A DNA stretch of 8,714 nt, from positions 1 through 8,714 of the forward strand of contig JADFSZ010000068.1 in NCBI GenBank assembly GCA_022560555.1. Reading direction: 5' to 3'. The notes under the pieces were generated by a model, which saw nothing but the letters and a program-made list of their open reading frames with translations, was not told the origin of the DNA and did no database searches. This DNA is from PVC group bacterium (GTDB lineage: Bacteria; GCA-001730085; JADFSZ01). Of this stretch, positions 5,821-8,714 are shown one piece after another. The translations under genes and the position numbers were made by a program. Every line of letters begins with the position of its first letter. Positions within the stretch are counted from its first letter, which is position 1.

Positions 5821-7439
5821 GTTTTCGCCTCTTCGTGCCGGACGGCCGCTTTAATAAAACCCGCGAATAAGGGATGGGCTTCCAGAGGCCGACTCTTAAA
5901 TTCGGGATGAAACTGAACAGCAACAAACCACGGATGTTTTGGAATTTCTACAATTTCAACCAAATTCCGATTGGGCACAACACCGGCAATCTTCATTCCC
6001 CTCTTTTCAAAAATCTCGGTATATTTATTGTTAAATTCATAACGATGACGGTGTCTCTCGTGAATAAGCTTTTGCCGGTACAGCTTACTTGAAAGGCTTC
6101 CTTTTGTCAGTTGACAGGGATTCGCGCCTAAACGCATCGTGCCTCCCATCATAGTCACATCCTCCTGCTCGGACAAGAGGCTGATAACGGGGCTTTTTGT
6201 CGTTGAATCAAACTCCGTGCTGTTCGCGTGAGCTAAGCGGCACGCATGGCGGGCAAACTCGATGACAGCGCACTGCATGCCAAGACAAATTCCCAGAAAC
6301 GGAACTTTTTTTTCTCTAGCAAATCGAATCGCGCGAATTTTTCCTTCGATACCGCGAGTTCCGAATCCCCCGGGTACCAAAATCCCATTTGCTAGTTTTA
6401 ATGTTTTCAGCCATCCGTTTTTTTTCAGATCTTCCGCGTCAATTTTGTCAATAATGGTTTTCGTATTATTATGGATTCCGGCATGTGCAATGGATTCATA
6501 AATGCTTTTATACGCGTCCTGCAATTCAATATATTTTCCGACAACCGCTATTCGAACAGTTCGTTTCGGGTTTTTTGTCCTGTTGACCACGCGCTTCCAA
6601 GCACTTAAATCAGGTTCTTTTTTCCTCCGCAGATGTAAACGCTTAAGGATCACACGGTCAAGACCGTTTCTTTGCAGCATCAAAGGAAGCTCATAGATCG
6701 TATGATCCACATCCTTTTCCTCGATAACCCCATCATCATCGACATTGCAAAACAGACCGATCTTCTGACGGACTTCTTTTGTGAGCCGCTTCTCCGTCCG
6801 ACAAACAAGAATATCCGGCTGAATTCCGATTTCTCTTAATTTACCGACACTATGCTGGGTCGGCTTTGTTTTCAACTCTTGGGCCGATGTGATATACGGA
6901 ATGTACGTTAAATGAATATAGAGAACATGCTCCCGTCCAATATCCAGAGCAAATTGACGAAAGGATTCCAGAAAAGGCAAACCCTCAATATCTCCGACGG
7001 TTCCGCCCAGTTCGGTAATGACAATGTCAATTTTATTTTTTCCGTTTATTTTTTTGATACGGTCTTTGATTTCATTGGTAATATGCGGGATCACCTGAAC
7101 GGTTTTTCCTTGATACTTCCCTTCACGCTCCCGGGTGATCACCGAGTCGTAAATAACACCCGCTGTCACATTATTGTCCTGAGTTAATTTGACTTTTGTG
7201 TAGCGTGCATAATGCCCAAGATCCAGATCTGTTTCCGCGCCGTCATCTGTGACATAAACTTCTCCGTGCTGATACGGGCTCATTGTTCCCGGATCCACAT
7301 TTAGATAGGGATCAAATTTCTGAATCGTGATAGAAAAACCCGAGGCTTCAAGAAGGGTGCCGATCGCAGCGGATGTAAGGCCCTTGCCCAGCGAAGAAAT
7401 AACACCACCTGTAACAAATATATATTTGGTTGGCTTCAC
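5817..7439 (-). CDS. pyrG: CTP synthase (glutamine-hydrolysing), 540 aa, GTG start
   Basis: The N-terminus is '[16 protein letters not shown]', the GATase nucleophile elbow is 'GICLGMQ', and 'RHRHRYEFN' and 'QFHPEF' are present. Length is typical of full-length PyrG. Confidence 0.95.
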   Translation of the reverse strand: MKPTKYIFVTGGVISSLGKGLTSAAIGTLLEASGFSITIQKFDPYLNVDPGTMSPYQHGEVYVTDDGAETDLDLGHYARYTKVKLTQDNNVTAGVIYDSVITREREGKYQGKTVQVIPHITNEIKDRIKKINGKNKIDIVITELGGTVGDIEGLPFLESFRQFALDIGREHVLYIHLTYIPYITSAQELKTKPTQHSVGKLREIGIQPDILVCRTEKRLTKEVRQKIGLFCNVDDDGVIEEKDVDHTIYELPLMLQRNGLDRVILKRLHLRRKKEPDLSAWKRVVNRTKNPKRTVRIAVVGKYIELQDAYKSIYESIAHAGIHNNTKTIIDKIDAEDLKKNGWLKTLKLANGILVPGGFGTRGIEGKIRAIRFAREKKVPFLGICLGMQCAVIEFARHACRLAHANSTEFDSTTKSPVISLLSEQEDVTMMGGTMRLGANPCQLTKGSLSSKLYRQKLIHERHRHRYEFNNKYTEIFEKRGMKIAGVVPNRNLVEIVEIPKHPWFVAVQFHPEFKSRPLEAHPLFAGFIKAAVRHEEAKT

Positions 7440-7471
7440 AAGTTCCCTAACTATAAACCATATCAGTCGTC

Positions 7472-7502
7472 AAAAAAACAAAAAACAGTTCATCGCGATG
7501 AA
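7472..7502 (-). terminator. Weak hairpin plus long T-tract: carB terminator and/or pyrG leader attenuator
   Basis: On the minus strand, UUCAUCG/CGAUGAA (palindrome 7489-7502; effectively a 5-bp stem with a CGCG loop) is followed by CUG-UUUUUU-G-UUUUUUU (7472-7488). The T-tract is striking, but the stem is short and AT-rich. Confidence 0.4.
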
Positions 7503-7588
7503 ACAATAGAGAGCACAAAAGATCGTTTTTGGATTCAGTAAAAGAACCCTTGTACTCGCTTCACGACCAACTGTCCCATAAAACTTAT

Positions 7589-7616
7589 ATTCTATTCACT
7601 TAGGACGTTTTGACAA
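7589..7616 (-). promoter_or_regulatory. Candidate sigma70 promoter for pyrG, overlapping the carB stop
   Basis: On the minus strand, TTGTCA (complement of 7611-7616) is followed by a 16-nt spacer and TAGAAT (complement of 7589-7594). This would give a leader of about 140 nt containing the hairpin and T-tract at 7472-7502. Confidence 0.3.
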
Positions 7617-8714
7617 GTGGTTTTATATCCTGATCAACCCAATCCTGGATACACTTAACCTGCAAATCATCTGTCTTTAAGAATTTCAGACCATGAACAG
7701 CTGCTTTGGCCCCCTGGAGGGTTGTGATACACGGAATTCCCCGCATAACAGCTCCGCTCATGATGGGCCTCACATCCATTTGACTTTTCGGCCCCGAGGG
7801 AGTATTAATAACCAGGTGGATTTCACCGCCTAATATGCGCTCTAATATATCATTCGGGCCTTCACCGATTTTATTGACACGTTCGCACGAAATATCTTCA
7901 TTTTTAAGCGTTTCGTACGTTCCTTTGGTCGCAATAACATTATAACCGAGTTTGACGAGAACCTTGGCGATATCCACAACAAAAGGTTTATCCGAGTCTT
8001 TGACACTCACAAAAACATTCCCTTCTTTGGGGAGGTCTTGACCCGCCGCAAACTGAGATTTAATAAAGGCCACACCAAACGAGCTGTCAATTCCCATAAC
8101 CTCGCCTGTGGATTTCATTTCGGGTCCCAAAGTGATATCCACCCCGGCAAACCGGGAGAAAGGCAGTACGGATTCTTTAACAGAAAAATGTTTGACGGTC
8201 TTTTCTTCGGTAAAACCCAAATCTTTTAAGGAGCACCCCATCATCACTTTTGCCGCCAACGCAGCCAAAGGGACGCCTGTAGCTTTACTGATAAAAGGCA
8301 CTGTTCTGGATGCTCTCGGATTGACTTCAAGAACATAGACGGTTTCGTCCTTGATGGCAAACTGAATATTGAGGAGTCCTTTGACGGACAATTCTGACGC
8401 GATACGTTTGGTTTGATCTCTTATGGCTCCTTTAACAGTTTCACTCAAGGTATGCGGCGGAGTCACGCAGGCAGAATCTCCGGAATGCACACCGGCATAC
8501 TCAATATGTTCCATAATTCCGCCGATAACAACATGATGGCCATCACTGATCGCGTCAACATCCACCTCAGCGGCTCCCTCAAGAAACTTGTCAATCAAAA
8601 CAGGTGTTTCCGGACTCACATTGATCGCTTCATCCAAAAACCCCTCAAGCGTATCTTCATTGTAAGCAATCCGCATCGCTCGTCCGCCAAGTACATTGGA
8701 AGGCCGGGTTAAAA
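7600..8714 (-). CDS. carB: Carbamoyl-phosphate synthase large subunit, C-terminal part (second ATP-grasp plus MGS-like allosteric domain); 5' end lies beyond the right edge
   Basis: The frame stays open upstream of the Met at 8676 to the window edge (..LTRPSNVLGGRAMRIAYNE), matching the CarB motif 'VRPSYVLGGRAMEIVYDE'. 'YVLEVNPRASRTVPFISKATG' is present, and the MGS-like tail reads 'GNVFVSVKDSDK...LVINTPSG'. Confidence 0.95.
   Translation of the reverse strand, partial: LTRPSNVLGGRAMRIAYNEDTLEGFLDEAINVSPETPVLIDKFLEGAAEVDVDAISDGHHVVIGGIMEHIEYAGVHSGDSACVTPPHTLSETVKGAIRDQTKRIASELSVKGLLNIQFAIKDETVYVLEVNPRASRTVPFISKATGVPLAALAAKVMMGCSLKDLGFTEEKTVKHFSVKESVLPFSRFAGVDITLGPEMKSTGEVMGIDSSFGVAFIKSQFAAGQDLPKEGNVFVSVKDSDKPFVVDIAKVLVKLGYNVIATKGTYETLKNEDISCERVNKIGEGPNDILERILGGEIHLVINTPSGPKSQMDVRPIMSGAVMRGIPCITTLQGAKAAVHGLKFLKTDDLQVKCIQDWVDQDIKPLVKTS

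Noticed and set aside
1329-8712. All remaining short ORFs in the track: plus-strand 1329..1553, 1996..2283, 2794..2979, 3970..4236, 4636..4911, 4839..5126, 5449..5754, 5874..6092, 6262..6501, 6502..6696, 6912..7187, 7327..7509, 8038..8229, 8108..8338, 8413..8712, and minus-strand 5505..5720
   Set aside because: Each is nested inside, antisense to or out of frame with, a long gene of confident family identity (FAD oxidoreductase, HAD, RAYT-like, purF, pyrG, carB). None has a recognisable motif. They are typical shadow ORFs.
1-8714. Scan for CRISPR arrays, tRNA/rRNA genes and long direct or inverted repeats
   Set aside because: I saw no regularly spaced 25-40 bp repeats, no cloverleaf-like or rRNA-like segments, and no intergenic space large enough to hold them apart from 384-708, which is covered in the findings.

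Overview
This looks like a bacterial chromosomal segment, roughly 40% GC by eye. Every supportable gene is on the minus strand. From right to left they are: carB (3' part, running off the right edge), pyrG, purF (start overlaps the pyrG stop), an IS200/RAYT-like Y1 'transposase' fused to a DnaA-domain-IV-like HTH, rpsU (57 aa, TTG start, absent from the ORF track), a YihX-like HAD phosphatase, a VAO/PCMH-type FAD oxidoreductase, and the 5' part of an uncharacterised gene running off the left edge. All plus-strand ORFs in the track appear to be antisense shadow ORFs. I saw no tRNA, rRNA or CRISPR array. The most unusual feature is non-coding. The island upstream of the leftmost gene has 32 G/C in 401-580 (about 18% GC) and holds two copies, 117 bp apart, of the same 53-bp four-half-site palindrome: TGTTCA-N11-TGTTCA-N7-TGAACA-N11-TGAACA. 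The proximal copy overlaps a perfect TATAAT. This looks like a multi-site operator for a locus that continues beyond the left edge. The second point of interest is that the Y1-transposase-like protein has substitutions at the positions I recall as the first HUH histidine and the catalytic tyrosine. It also has no visible element ends, which suggests a domesticated DNA-binding protein. All family assignments rest on motifs recognised by eye; no searches could be run.
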